Made by a program: the position numbers and the translations under genes. Positions 1-14,233 of a DNA stretch of 64,000 nucleotides are shown piece after piece. The notes under the pieces are model-generated. The model ran no database searches and was not told where the DNA came from. It saw only the letters and a program-made list of their open reading frames with translations. This DNA is from Eledone cirrhosa. Lineage: Eukaryota. Numbering within the stretch: the stretch's first letter is position 1; every line of letters begins with the position of its first letter. The stretch spans positions 19,654,001 through 19,718,000 of the forward strand of contig OZ024743.1 in the NCBI GenBank assembly GCA_964016885.1. Reading direction: 5' to 3'.

Positions 1-697
1 CAAATGGGACGAGGTTATGAGTAGGGTAGACAATTTCCATCGGAAACGTCATGAACGATCAGGCAAACTGGTAAACTCATCTATTGCGTTAATTTGAAAA
101 GGAACTAGAGAATGAAGAGGAAAATGATGCCTCACAGTAAATGTGTTGAATTTTGAAATATAGTGGCGAAAGAGGGATACTTCTTGTGACATGAACCTAT
201 AGGCAGGGGTATTTATTCTTGATGGTCAGGGTGGACTAAACTTTGAGGTGTTTCTTTGAATCGTTTTAGATTACTGGAGGTATTTTATTGTTGTTATTAT
301 TTGCTCTACAAGGGGTCTATAAAATAAAGCAGAAGTAATACACTGAGAACAATTTAATCGACTTTCTCCTCATCGGACATTGCTGGCCTTGCGTCTAATG
401 TAGAGACAATTGTTATTATTATTATTGATAACATCATACACATCAATAATTACAGGGTGTGTTTAGTAGAAAATAATTACTTTTCTTTGATTACAATATT
501 CAAAATTAAAACGTTTGTATCGCCAAGTATGACCTAACCTCGTAATTTTCACTCTGACAAATAGTACCACCACCACCACTACAAGTAAAACTAAAATCTC
601 AGATACCGCTGCCGTATCAGATACTCATCTTTCGACCTCATCATCCTCAACTTTGACTAATACAATAAATGATTAGCCACTCTCAATAAACGTTTTA

Positions 698-731
<34 letters not shown>

Positions 732-759
732 GGATACATTCACGCACGTACATACATGC

Positions 760-811
<52 letters not shown>

Positions 812-813
<2 letters not shown>

Positions 814-1423
814 TGGCTGCCAACTCGTTTTCGAGTACGGCCACTACTTTATATCCGTGTAGGAGAACCCCTACCGATGCGCTGAACGAGTGTGACTTTT
901 TAGTCCAGCCAGCGACTTGAAAACTCTGGTACAAACACTACATTTGTGACAATTACTGACACATAGTCCTGGGCCCATGGTACCATGTGATGACAAGTGC
1001 AGAGAGATCTCCAGATATAAAGCAATGCCTGTGCCGTGAAGCTTTTATAGTGAGCAAAGGCACTGCACAAAGCCAGCCCCACTCTCTTAACCAAGATCAT
1101 ATTTACCAAAAAGAAGAACAAGTCAATATCATTGGATACCATCAGGTTTGCAACAGTTATATCAGAGTTTTCCTTCTCCTAGAATTCTGCCTTGACAAAG
1201 GCTAAGGGGTCATCTCTCCCGGTGATTTTGGATGGCCATTGACTCTTAAGAGCTCCTTTGCTCTTTAACAGGTTTTGTTTTTACTCCTGCACGATGTCCA
1301 AAGTCACCCTCCTCACCAAGAAACATTGGTGAGGTTGCCAGTTTAGTCGCCAACGACCCGACCATGAGACAGGTTGTACTGGGATACATGTTACCAGTAG
1401 CACCAACTGGAGACCTGACATAT
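812..1423 (-). mobile_element. Non-autonomous RTE-derived (bipartite) retroelement, subfamily A
   Basis: Minus strand carries CTAGGAGAAGGAAAACTCTG, a motif typical of RTE 5' UTRs. It has a structured 5' domain and a 3' hairpin (GTGGCCG..ACTCG-AAAA-CGAGT..CAGCCAC) followed by (TA)n. Homologous to 25968-26402, 26742-27347 and 37103-37732. Confidence 0.6.
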
Positions 1424-1425
1424 AG

Positions 1426-1592
1426 TGCTGGGCCCATGGTACCATGTGATGACAAGTGCAGAGAGATCTCCAGATATAAAGCAATGCCTGTGCCGTGAAG
1501 CTTTTACAGTGAGCAAAGACACTGCACAAAGCCAGTCCCACTCTCTTAACCAAGATGATATTTACCAAAAGGAAGAACAAGTCAACATTGGA
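1426..1592 (-). repeat. Partial duplicate of the internal segment ~966-1138 of the adjacent element
   Basis: Near-identical sequence (gggcccatggtaccatgtgatgacaag...gaagaacaagtcaa). Confidence 0.85.
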
Positions 1593-3354
1593 TATATATA
1601 TATATATATATACAAACATACGTATGTATCTTATTGTGCGCGTGTGTGTGTGTTGTGGTTGTGCTTTTTTTGCTCTCCTGGTCTTGGAACATGTGCACCA
1701 AAGAGTTTAGTACAACTTCCGTTACGTTCCAAAATGATGACAAATATCTATCAAATTTAAGCATTTCGTAGTGAGAGAATCAGGGGAGCAGTTGAAAAAA
1801 TATATTGTAATATTTACATGCATCTCATTATTTTATAAATTCAAATTCAACCGGAGGCATATATATCTTCCATATATCGGATGTTATATAAACCATGTAT
1901 CAGTCGAATATTTAGGTTTTAATCCTCTACCCCTCCCCATTCATGTGCTGTAGCAATGCTAGAAACCATTATTTTTTCTTGCTCTTGCTATTGTCTAGTT
2001 TTTGTTGTTGGTGGTGATGGTATTGTGTTGTTTTTGTCTTATTGGTATCTTTTGTGATGAATCGAAATGAAGCAGAAATTTTAAGGTTGTTTTCAGGAAA
2101 GATTCTTACAAATCATATTGAATAGTATTGATTAATGTAGAAACGGTTTTGTAATTCCAAGCGATACAAAGGCATAAAAAAATACACGGAATGCGTTGTT
2201 AAAGACAGGCTTTTGGACATTTAAGATACTTTAATTCTAAGGAGATTTCTACTGGAAAGAAAAGGAAATTTCGTTTTGTTTTACGAGAAAGCTGTACCCA
2301 TTTTTCTTCAAATGCAAATTAAATGGGGGAATTCTCTTGTTCTTGAACAAAGGAATACACACGATAAGGAAAGATAAAGCAATTGAAGGTGCATATGAAT
2401 ACATAGTATAAACAACAGAATACGCAGATGGTTGTGACAGATTAAGCTAAGCTCTATACATAAATACTTCAAATGAAACAATCAAACGAACATATTTGTT
2501 CTGTTAAACAATGGCGGATAGACGTGCGTGTGTGTAACTGCAACAAAGCGATGCATTAAGAATGTTAAATTCCGAAAGGAAAGGAATAGCGCATAAATAT
2601 TATCAAATAAATATCAATTGTTATATGAAATATTTCCTATTTATATTACAAAAGATGGATTTTCAGGAACGATAATCGGAAACAACTATGCTAATATAGC
2701 ATGAATACGATACAAGTTAGTTTTCAGATGTTAATACTCAATATGTCTGTGACTGAAAGAGAACTGCTGCCGCATAGAGTTATTGCTCTTCTTTTTCCTC
2801 TCCTGACAATTTCTCTCTCTCTCTTTCTCTCTCTCACTATATATATATATATTTATCTCTCTCTCGTATTGTCTCTTTCTATCTCTGTCTTCCTTTTCCT
2901 CTCTCTCTCACACTCAAAGTTTCTTCATATTCATGTGAATCAAAACCAAAAAGCACTATATTTTCCACAAAGGGTTAAAAGAACTACTAAAAGGCATTAA
3001 CGTACATCTGACACCAACACATCCAAAGAGACTGTAACGGCTGGTGTGTAATGATTAAACAGCAATAAATGTAATAACACTAGGAATGAGAAGTATTTAA
3101 AATGAATACGTTTCCGAATGGTGACGACACGACATAATATAGCCTATTGTATGATGATATTCACAAGATATTTCTCAAACAGGAGGAATGTAGCCTACCT
3201 GGAGACAATAAACTGCGAATTACACATATTTGTCGATTGATCTACCACCTATTTACGATAGGCTTCCTTGATAAATGATGGCTGGAGCTACTTTACAAAA
3301 CCATTTAAAGCAATAATAATAGTTAAGACATGTTTTATTGATCACACGGGCACC

Positions 3355-3490
3355 AATACTGATTTCTGATTTAGGCACAAGGCCAGTAAATTTGGAGGAG
3401 GGGAAATCAATTTAATTGTACTCAGTGCATGACTGGTACTTTATTCTACTGATCCCATTAGGATGGAACGCAAAGCTAACCATGCTGGGA
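3355..3490 (-). mobile_element. Old degenerate tRNA-derived SINE (3' part)
   Basis: tttctgatttaggcacaaggccag...tggtactttattc...aggatg resembles the younger SINE copies. Confidence 0.55.
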
Positions 3491-5438
3491 TTGAAGTCAA
3501 GGGCACCAATAATACAAACAATATCTTACAGAACACGTATATAATATGTAAAATTGTAAAATGTAATACAGGTTTAAACATTAGTAAACAATAAAATGGG
3601 AGCAAAATACCAACAGGTGCGACAATATCCAATATAGTTACGTTCAGGGCATTCCACATCTACAATTAATTTCCATTCCCATCACGTTCAACAAACTGAG
3701 CCCTTCGAATGTACTCTAGAGATTTGGTCGAGACGCGGGTATTGCTACATCGTCTAGATTACACACCTCTATCCAATGATAGGCTATTCATGTGTTCTTC
3801 AACTGTTTATCTGTTTGAAGATATGCCTAATCAACTCCAATCTTCTTAATAAACTCAGTATTAGTATTGTCTTCCTTCAGCTTTATGGAGTCCTCGTTGC
3901 TAGACAGTCGTGAAACCAATCAGGACGGACGCCTGGGGATTTGTCATCATCCTATATCCGTCCAATCATTGCTGGTTGTCTTTTTGTTTACTGTCTCAGA
4001 TGGTGTCTAATCACTTTCTAAGCTATATTGCCTACTCATCAAATTTAAAACGATATAAAATGCTGTTCGGAGCCCGTACTCTTTCCCACGTTGGGATACG
4101 ACTATTTGCATTTCTATCGAATATGTCGTCAGCTATTTATGATGGTGGCAGTTTCAGTTGCTGTCTATGATCCTGGTGTTTTCTTCACTTTTCGCCTTCT
4201 TAGCAGAAGACCGTAAGGTACCTTTTACTGTCTCTCTGGTACCACAATTGTAACTAATCTTGGGATAGATTTGCAGTATGAGAGGGTCATTAAGACAAAG
4301 AGAACCAAGTAAACTACACTCGACTAAATATTATATCAGTTCAAACCACCTGCTTGTACTTTGTGTCAAAAATCACAAGCCAATCACCTACACATTTAAT
4401 TATAATGTGCGTGGCAGAATATTTTATAAACTTCTAAACCCTTAACATGATTCTCATGCGAGATCATAGTGATGCGGCGTGTCACATGTTTGACTCTATA
4501 GATTACAGGCAAAGTCTGTTCAACTACCTCCTTCTACTCCTCATCCTAAGCTGTCTGCCTGCGCACGTGAGTTTTGCAATCAAAATATATAACTGAAATT
4601 TACAAATGAAAACTATTGTATGCACAAAAGATTAGTTGCCTAAATTAATGCATTTATTTTTTTAATAATAATTATACATTCAGAACGCACATACTTTTGT
4701 CGCACAAAATAAGATTTTTGCGCACACTCTCTAAGTGAAATATTGAAACATAATTGTCGTTTATCTAATGTAAATAACACGTTTTCGGTCAAACAAAAGC
4801 TCTGCATATATTGGACACCAGTTAGTTCTGAATATGAATGTGCAGTTGATGGGATCAACGAAACAGTCTACTCGTCAAATTAATATGTAATTAGCTACGT
4901 TATGTTCTTTATGTTCAGTGAGACAGAAAGTGTAAAAAAGCTGGACCCTGATTTGTGTTAAGTGAATAGACTGGAGCAACGACAAAACGTGCGTCCAGGA
5001 ATCGAACGCATCACCTTACGATAGTGAACAGAATACATTAACCGCTACGCTATGCGCCTTCAATTAAGGCTATGTTATATGACTCTTACTCGGGGTGTCC
5101 TACAGTGGTATCAAAATTGGCTATAGTTGGACCCATTAACCGTTAAATATTAATAATTACATCTGATACTATTAGAATAAATAAATATCATATTCTAGCC
5201 TTTGCACCTCTCAATTTACCATTTGCGATAATGTCTGCAACCGTTGTCTTTGAGAGATTCATATAATGATGCATTTATTTGTTAGTGTTAATTACAATCG
5301 AGTTCTTAATGCAAGGTAAATTAATTGTATTAATCTGGTTTACTTTTTGGTGTAAATAAGTTTGTCCGGGAAAATGGAGATACTTGAATTATTCTGTTGA
5401 ATTATCCTGTTTTATGCAGACATCATACATACACATAC

Positions 5439-5728
<290 letters not shown>

Positions 5729-6360
5729 GATGCGATATATATCTAAATATCTATCTTCCTTTTCCCTTCTTTTCTTCATCGTATATGAATATATTATCAT
5801 CATGCTCAACTGCATGTCAAATGTAGCATTTAACAATAACAAGTACATAAAAAAATTCTTTATAAATCCAATTACTTTACAGTTGCTTTCCCGAAATACA
5901 TTATTCAGTTTTAAGTAATTCATTACGTATCTAATTGAACGTACATGGCGAATTTAGAGTAATTCCGCATGTACTTATGTACTTGGCGCCTTTTAACTGT
6001 CTACGGTTATTGGTTGTAACGAATTGAAACAAAAATATCAGATCCTATTTTATAAATTCTTATAACGTATTTAATAAAAAATAATAAATGATGTGATAAC
6101 TATGTCTTCTTTAAGGAGCCTAATTTCGATCGTGCGTAATAGTGCAGAATATGTTAATTGCAGCATACATTTCCCAACTAAGAAATGTTCAAGCAAGAGA
6201 TAAAAGGAGTAGATAATCGTGGGAATGAAGCTATAATCGTAATTCATTAGATTTTCATATGCTAGAACCCATTTCCGAAACTGTTTATTGGATCTCTATT
6301 AATAAAAGGCTCTAATCAATATATACGGTAATAAACAGGCAAAATGTTTAAACGTTAACT

Positions 6361-6492
6361 GGTATAGCTGCGTGGTTAAGGGTTTCACTTCGCAAACACG
6401 TAGATCCGAAATAGATTTTATAGTCACGGATTAACCAATACGCTACGAGCTGGAATTCGACTGACAGAAACATTACAGAAGCTCGTCGTACC
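6361..6492 (+). mobile_element. Degenerate SINE of a second octopod-type family
   Basis: tRNA-like start (gctgcgtggttaag) and a tail gacagaaacattacagaagctcgtcgta followed by a microsatellite. Family assignment is from memory. Confidence 0.35.
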
Positions 6493-6522
6493 TCACACAT
6501 ACACAGAAGCACAAAACAAACG

Positions 6523-6568
<46 letters not shown>

Positions 6569-6581
6569 CGCACACACACAT

Positions 6582-6643
<62 letters not shown>

Positions 6644-7843
6644 GTATATGTATAGAGCGAGTTGGGGAGGAAGAGAAACAGAGGGAAGAGGGAAATGAGA
6701 GGGAAGAGAGAGAAAATGAGGGGAGAGTGATGAGTGATGTAATATAGAATTATTTGTCAACTTTGTTTTTCATCCCCTGCGGGGTCGAAAATTAATACAT
6801 GATTCGATATATATATAATATTAATCCATTACTGAGGTTGATTTGTTACCCCCTCTCTCTCTCTCACTCTCTCTCTCCCTCCCTCTCTCTTTCTCGCTCT
6901 CTCTCTCTCTCTCTTTCACTTTCCTTCTGTCTCTCACTCTGTTTCTCTAATAAAGAAATATGGTCTCTGTCACATCCGAAATGCAGGCAATACACACCAC
7001 ATATAACGAGGGTAGTCCATTGACTCCATCTGGGATTGATGGCTGATGGAATGATGAAATAAGAAAGGACGGATTATGTGCATGTTAATAATAAAAATTC
7101 TGAAAGAAATTACTAAGCTAATGTGGATATATTCTGTACTAGAAAATTCTAGTGGTATATATAACCAGTGAGCACTAAACACAGATTTGGCTATTATAAT
7201 CTATACTACTATTTTTTCTATCCCCAACTTATGTTGTTAGGAACAATTTGTTTTCATTGCTGCAATAAAGATCCGTATTTGAGTCTGTAGTCTATCAACA
7301 GTAAACTTTTCTGCTTCACTGTATTGCTCACAATATATCGATCATTAGAAGACCAAAATCAGTAAACTGAGTTTTGACTTGATTTTCCCCCAAACATTTC
7401 ACATCTGCAGCTTGTCTCTTCCCATAAGGTTTCCCAGGAATAAATATCCATTATATGTAATTGAATACTCCTATTCAGTTGAATATATATATACACTAGC
7501 CAATCTAAATTCTCACAGAATTACCCTTATTATCAAAACGAGTTGCACTATTGACTCTGTGTTAAAATCATTGAATTGGTATTTATTTCTTTAATTAGTA
7601 GCTTTCTAGTACACTGTCTCCAAACTTGTTAACGTATATGTTTGTGTAATATTCTTCTTATATATAAATTTCACAAAAGAACGAATAAGTGAATATCGAT
7701 GGATGGGTTGACCAGTTAGCTGCAGAATTTTCCATAAACAATACCATACCTTTTAAGAACATGAAATACAAATTGGATAATGTGATTATAAGCACCTTTA
7801 AAAGAGGGATGTGTAACTGTCACAATACAGTCCATCATATATA

Positions 7844-7981
7844 CAGGGGGGACGGACCAAAAGTCGCAATTCATAGGGGAACTAATCACATTTTTAAGTT
7901 TCCATTTTTTTTTTTAACGTAACGTTCTCTACTTTATAGATACACTAATATCCTATGTATCGCCACTTTTGGTCCATCCTG
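7844..7981. mobile_element. Tc1/mariner-type MITE
   Basis: Imperfect ~30-bp TIRs (cag..ggaccaaaagtcgcaattcatagg / cctatgtatcgccactttttggtccatcctg) flanked by TA on both sides. Confidence 0.75.
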
Positions 7982-8197
7982 TAATTTCTCAACCAAATTT
8001 GACATGGAATTAAATAAGAATTACTAGTGAATGTTCGGTGCTAAAACACTATAATCACTTAACAATGGCTTTTAGATTCCCTTATCAATATCTATTGTTC
8101 ATTTATTTGTTACTTTCAATGAGTATTTGAATATCAACTCTATATTCTGAATTATATGTGTAGCTATAACATACCGGTAACACGCACACTCATACTC

Positions 8198-8243
<46 letters not shown>

Positions 8244-8708
8244 GTCTTACCAAAAAGGGACAGAGAATATAAAACGGTGGGTAGAATAGAGATTTATTGA
8301 GAATTAGTTGGTTTAAACACAATTATTAGAATTAAATTAACAGTGATTTACTTTCTTGGCATAACATTAATTTGAACACAGTCGAACACCAGCTGTAAGA
8401 AAATCGGAAATGACAACATTTATAACTAGTCTAGCTATATTAAAGTCATTAATGATCGTGTAGCAGGAATATTTAGGAAAATGTTGTTTCTTTTGTTTGT
8501 TTGTAATTATTTGTTTCATGACAGATACTTCATTAAAACCCTACCCTATATTTTATGATACTTTAGCGAGTAGAAACTTCGGTGAGAAAATAGTGCTTGA
8601 AGAATACACACTCAAAAACAAATCCAGGATGGTGAAGAGAATCTGGCTCACCTACCATTTAACTGGAACGTTACCACTGACATTTCCAGGAACATATATG
8701 CACCTCCA

Positions 8709-8778
<70 letters not shown>

Positions 8779-8866
8779 TATATATATAATTTTATATGTA
8801 TATATATATATAAATGAAAGAATTACGAAAGAGAATACAGACTGTTAGAACATGTTTATACAAAAA

Positions 8867-8908
8867 GCACCTACGTAAGTTTGGCCCGAAAAGAGCTTCT
8901 CGAGGGCA
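8867..8908 (-). ncRNA. Degenerate hammerhead (U3-A8 family, relative of 15634-15676) in a PLE terminal fragment
   Basis: gccc TCGAGAA gctc..gggc CAAA CTTACG TA ggtgc. Downstream flank resembles 15671-15728. Two core mutations. Confidence 0.55.
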
Positions 8909-9223
8909 TACAGATCTAGAGATATTTAACCCTGTAGGCACAAGTATTGAGCACATATGCACTAGCTTATGGCAACTAACTTTACGTATCGCTTATCCCT
9001 TTAAACCTTCTACTCTCTCACGATACTAAAACATTCTATATATATATATATATATAATTTTATATGATTATATATATATATATATATTTAGGTTTGTTGG
9101 TTCACCACTGGATAGAATTGGTCATTCCGTATGGTCAATCTTGATGTAATATTATGGAGAGTACTCAACGTAGTGCAGTTCACCCGTCTTTGTTTGCGTA
9201 GTTGGTCGTGCTAATACGGAGTG

Positions 9224-9384
9224 AATTATTATAAATAAAATAACAGAAGGCTAGACTGGTGTAAATCCTTGAAAAGTTTATTATACTATAGTCATTTCAA
9301 TGAACCCGGTTATTGAAATGATCATAGTATAATAAACCTTTCAAGGATTTACACCAGTCCAGCCTCCTGTTATTTTATTTATAA

Positions 9385-9389
<5 letters not shown>
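9224..9389. repeat. Fold-back palindrome of a PLE-type terminus with a HHR 3' half
   Basis: ~80-bp inverted arms centred near 9306. GAAA-TGATCA-TA at 9315-9326 is followed by AATAAA. Confidence 0.8.
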
Positions 9390-9435
<46 letters not shown>

Positions 9436-9504
9436 AAAAAGCGATGAAATCGAAAATGCAACTGGAGTCTTATTTTTGTTTTAAATATATATATTTATTT
9501 GGTT

Positions 9505-9542
9505 CCTTTACCGCTTTCGCAGTTCTTCTGCTTTTCAAAAGG
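9505..9542 (-). ncRNA. Minimal type I hammerhead, U3-A8 core
   Basis: cctt TTGAAAA gcag-aagaa-ctgc GAAA GCGG TA aagg (helix III carries one mutation relative to CCGG). Confidence 0.75.
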
Positions 9543-9917
9543 TGAGTTCAGATGGAGGGTCTGTGGTTTTTCTCACATCTGGTTGGTCTCTGAATGTTAC
9601 TTGTTTTATATGGAAAAAGTGGCTCGAAATGCCAGGTTTTTCGAGAAGTAATTTGATTGGTTTGTCAATAAATTTCGCGCCAGTTCGCATTACAATAGTT
9701 CTTCAAATAAGAGGGGGGTTGTCACAGGTTGTTTATTTCATATATGAGTTTTTGAATTTGTTTTTACTTGAAAAAAGGAGGCTCACGAAGGCTTTTATTT
9801 GGTTGGTTATAAATGAAATTATGGCTGTCGCGTGAACAAGTTTTCATTAAATTTGTGTGCCCTTATTTGGAAATCCATTCTGTAGCCTTTTTAGAGAATT
9901 TTTTGATAAGTGAAAGA

Positions 9918-10105
9918 TAATTGTTTCTACTTTAGGCACAAGGCCAGCAATTACCAGTGCATTAATGGTACTTTATTTTATCGACCCCGTAAGGATGAAA
10001 GGCAAAGTCAACCTCGGCGGGATTTGAACTCAGATGGTAAAGGGATGTAACTATGCTGGAAAGCATGGCGTCCGACCCTCTACCGATACTGCCAATCCAC
10101 CGCCC
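9918..10105 (-). mobile_element. tRNA-derived SINE inserted in the PLE 3' UTR
   Basis: A-box-like TGGCAGTATCGG, B-box GAGTTCAAATCCC, TSD ttgataagtgaaagataat. Absent from the right arm at ~13060. Confidence 0.9.
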
Positions 10106-10592
10106 TTTGATAAGTGAAAGATAATGGTCAAGAGAAAGAGATGGGAGAATTGTTCTGGTTCAGTGAAAATGGTTAGTTCGCTGGGGTGTCAGAATTCAGA
10201 TTTTCTATTGAATAAAGAAAGTAAAGATATGTGTGTTTATTTGTGTGCTTGTGTGTGTATGCGTGTGTGTGTGTTGTGTGTGTGTGTGTGTTTGAATTTC
10301 TTTACTTTAAAAAAAAGGGTGGCTCACGAAGTTTTTTTTTTAATAAACGTGATTTGATTGGTTATAAATGAAATTTGGCTGTCATGTGAACAAGTTTTCA
10401 TTACATTTTTGTGCCCTTATTTGGAAAACTATTATGTAGTCTTTATAGCGAATGTTATGACAATGGAAAGATAGTGGTCAAGAGAAATGGGATTGGGAGA
10501 ATTGCTCTGGTTCAATGAATATGGTTAGTTCGCTGGGGTGTCAGAGTTCAGATTTTCTATAGAAGTGAAGATATCTATGTTTATTTGTGTGC

Positions 10593-10651
<59 letters not shown>

Positions 10652-11141
10652 TGTGTGTGTCTGTGTGTGTCTGTGTGTGTCTGTGTGTGTATTGGAAGAT
10701 GATTCTATTAGTAGAAATGGGGGAGGGAGTTGTGTGTGTGTATATGGGTGTTATGTGTGTGTGTGCGAGTATGTTAAGATGGAGAGAATATATATTTTGT
10801 GTGTGTGTATATATATGTGTGTAGGAAAGTGGTTCTATTAGTAGAAATGGGGAGGGAGTTGTGGGTGTGGGGGTTGTTATGTGTGTGTATGGGTGTTATG
10901 TGCGTGGGAGTATGGTTAGCATGTTAAGATGAAGAGAATATATATATATATATATATATTGTGTGTGTGTAGGAAAGTGATTCCTTTAGTAGGAATATTT
11001 TTGAATGAACTTATTTTCCCTACTTATTCGTGTTTGCTGTTGTATTGTCAGTGGAAACGTATGTTAAGGTTTATTTAGTTCGGGTTTTTATTTTCTAAAG
11101 TAGAAGGTGTATGTCATATTATGGTGTTGACATAATGTATA

Positions 11142-11620
11142 TTAAACCATATTTAATGTTGGTCTATATTTTTGAATAAACATATTTTCCTTATTTATTC
11201 GCATTTGTTCTGTTGTATTGTTAGTGCAAAGGTAAAATGGGAAGACTTGGAATTTGGGTGTCTTATTACTTGCGCAAATGTCTAGATGTGCCTTTAGTGG
11301 TATCTGTATCGTGGTTGGATCTCGTAATTGTTGGCGGTGAACTGTCATTCTGTTTCTAAGTGTGAGTTTAGTTTGTCCTATATAATCTTCATTGCATCCT
11401 TTACATTTAATAGCATAAATTAGTTTTTTGATGAGCAAGTGAAGTGATTTTTTTACAGTAAAATTTTGTCCTGATTTAAATGTATACGTGTTGCCCTCAA
11501 TGAGGTGAGTGCAGGTTCCACAATTAGAGCGACCACATTTTTTGATACTTGGTTGTGGGTTTGTGGTAGGTAATTTGGCATTGGTGAGTAATGTTTTCAG
11601 TGATTTTGGTTGTCTTTTGC
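11142..11620 (-). pseudogene. PLE Zn-linker + GIY-YIG endonuclease fragment
   Basis: CGRSNCGTC; LIYAIKCKGCNEDYIGQT..LRNRMTVH. Confidence 0.9.
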
Positions 11621-12547
11621 TTAGACAACCAAAATCACTGAAAACATTACTCACCAATGCCAAATTACCTACCACAAACCCACAACCAAGTATCAAAAAA
11701 TGTGGTCGCTCTAATTGTGGAACCTGCACTCACCTCATTGAAGGCAACACGTATACATTTAAATCAGGACAAAATTTTACTGTAAAAAATCACTTCACTT
11801 GCTCATCAAAAAATCTGTTTATGCCATTAAATATAAAGGATGCGATGAAGATTATATAGGACAAACTAAACTCACACTCAGAAACAGAATGACAGTTCAT
11901 CGCCAACAATTACGAGATCCAACCACGAGACAGATACCACTAAGTGCACATCTAGATATTTGTGCAAGTAATAAGACACCCAAATTCCAAGTCTTCCCAT
12001 TTTACCTTTGCACTAACAATACAACAGAACAGATGCGAATAAATAAGGAAAATATGTTTATTCAAAAATATAGACCAGCATTAAATATAGTTTAATATAC
12101 ATTATGTCAACACCATAATATGACATACACCTTCTACTTTAGAAAATAAAAACCCGAACTAAATAAACCTTAACATACGTTTCCACTGACAATACAACAG
12201 CAAACACGAATAAGTAGGGAAAATAAGTTCATTCAAAAATATTCCTACTAAAGGAATCACTTTCCTACACACACACAATATATATATATATATATATATT
12301 CTCTTCATCTTAACATGCTAACCATACTCCCACACACATAACACCCATGCACACACATAACAACCCCCTCACCCACAACTCCCTCCCCATTTCTACTAAT
12401 AGAACCACTTTCCTACACACATATATATACACACACACAAAATATATATTCTCTCCATCTTAACATACTCGCACACACACACATAACACCCATATACACA
12501 CACACAACTCCCTCCCCCATTTCTACTAATAGAATCATCTTCCAATA

Positions 12548-12579
<32 letters not shown>

Positions 12580-13620
12580 TAAACACACACAAGCACACAA
12601 ATAAACATACATATCTTCACTTCAATAGAAAATCTGAACTCTGACACCCCAGCGAACTAACCATATTCACTGAACCAGAACAATTCTCCCAATCCCATTT
12701 CTCTTGACCACTATCTTTCCATTGTCATAACATTCGCTATAAAGACTACAGAATAGTTTTCCAAATAAGGGCGCAAAAATGTAATGAAAACTTGTTCACG
12801 TGACAGCCAAATTTCATTTATGACCAATCAAATCACGTTTATTAAAAAAAAGACTTCGTGAGCCACCCTTTTTTTAAAGTAAAGAAATTCAAACACACAC
12901 ACAACACACACACACACGCATACACACACAAGCACACAAATAAACACACATATCCTTACTTTCTTTATTCAATAGAAAATCTGAATTCTGACACCTCAGC
13001 GAACTAACCATATTCACTGAACCAGAATAATTCTCCCATCTCTTTCTCTTGACCATTATCTTTCACTTATCAAAAAATTCTCTAAAAAGGCTACAGAATG
13101 GATTTCCAAATAAGGGCCCAAAAATTTAATGAAAACTTGTTCACGCGACAGCCATAATTTCATTTATAACCAACCAAATAAAAGCCTTCGTGAGCCTCCT
13201 TTTTTCAAGTAAAAACAAATTCAAACACTCATATATGAAAAAACAACCTGTGACAACCCCCCACCCCCCACCCCTCTTATTTGAAGAACTATTGTAACGC
13301 GAACTGGCGCGAAATTTATTGACAAACCAATCAAATTACTTCTCGAAAAACCTGGCATTTCGAGCCACGTTTTCCATATAAAACAAGTAACATTCAGAGA
13401 CCAACCAGATGTGAGAAAAACCACAGACCCTCCATCTCAACTCACCTTTTGAAAAGCAGAAGAACTGCGGAACCGGTAAAGGAACCAAATAAATATATAT
13501 ATTTTTTTAAAAATAAGACTCCAGTTGCATTTTCGATTTCATCTCTTTTTCTTTATACTTTCACTCATGTAGGACACCTCGGTTATTTTTCATTTTGTAA
13601 AAAAAAACTCACTTTCTCAT
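11621..13620 (+). mobile_element. 5'-truncated PLE family A (right arm); frameshifted GIY-YIG at 11621-12095
   Basis: Reverse complement of the left arm. VYAIKYKGCDEDYIGQT. Confidence 0.9.
13445..13482 (+). ncRNA. Minimal type I hammerhead, U3-A8 core, A13G mutation
   Basis: cctt TTGAAAA gcag-aagaa-ctgc GGAA CCGG TA aagg. Confidence 0.7.
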
Positions 13621-14010
13621 ATATATATATATATATATATATTTATAAGTCGTTTGGAAGCCTCGACAATGCAAATGGGTAAATCTCCGGGTAACAAGAT
13701 CCGGTGGTGGAGAGAGAGATGTAAGTGGGTGTACGTTGAGATGCGTGGTGTGTAAAGATGTGTAAATGTGTAGAAGAAAGAAGGAAAGAGTATAAAGGAT
13801 AAAATAAAAATAACAACACAAAAGAGAGTTACCTTGGGAGAGATTTAATAGTCCCTATATATTTTGGATTCACATCCATCAACTGGGGTTTTTTTTCCGG
13901 GGTAAAGGTTGTCTGTCGGACAGGTCCGACCGACAACCTTTATATATATATATATATATATGCATGCTACTGTACGTCTGTATACATATATGTATGTACG
14001 TATACATACT

Positions 14011-14130
<120 letters not shown>

Positions 14131-14135
14131 CATAC

Positions 14136-14191
<56 letters not shown>

Positions 14192-14233
14192 TTATCTATA
14201 TATATATAATTATATATATATATATGTAATTAT

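Larger units (their letters stand above)
9432..11620 (-). mobile_element. 5'-truncated Penelope-like element, family A (left arm of a 4.2-kb palindrome)
   Basis: GIY-YIG C-terminus plus a long 3' UTR, homologous to 17529-19870. Confidence 0.9.

Noticed and set aside
812-844. GTGGCTG/CGGCCAC stem as an HDV-like P1
   Set aside because: It is a simple hairpin lacking P2, P1.1 and J4/2, and it lies at the element's 3' end.
3670-4230. Possible ancient retroelement coding remnant
   Set aside because: Too degenerate to assign by eye.
11509-11620. N-terminus MQVPQLERPH.. of the mirror ORFs
   Set aside because: It is the antisense translation of the opposite palindrome arm.
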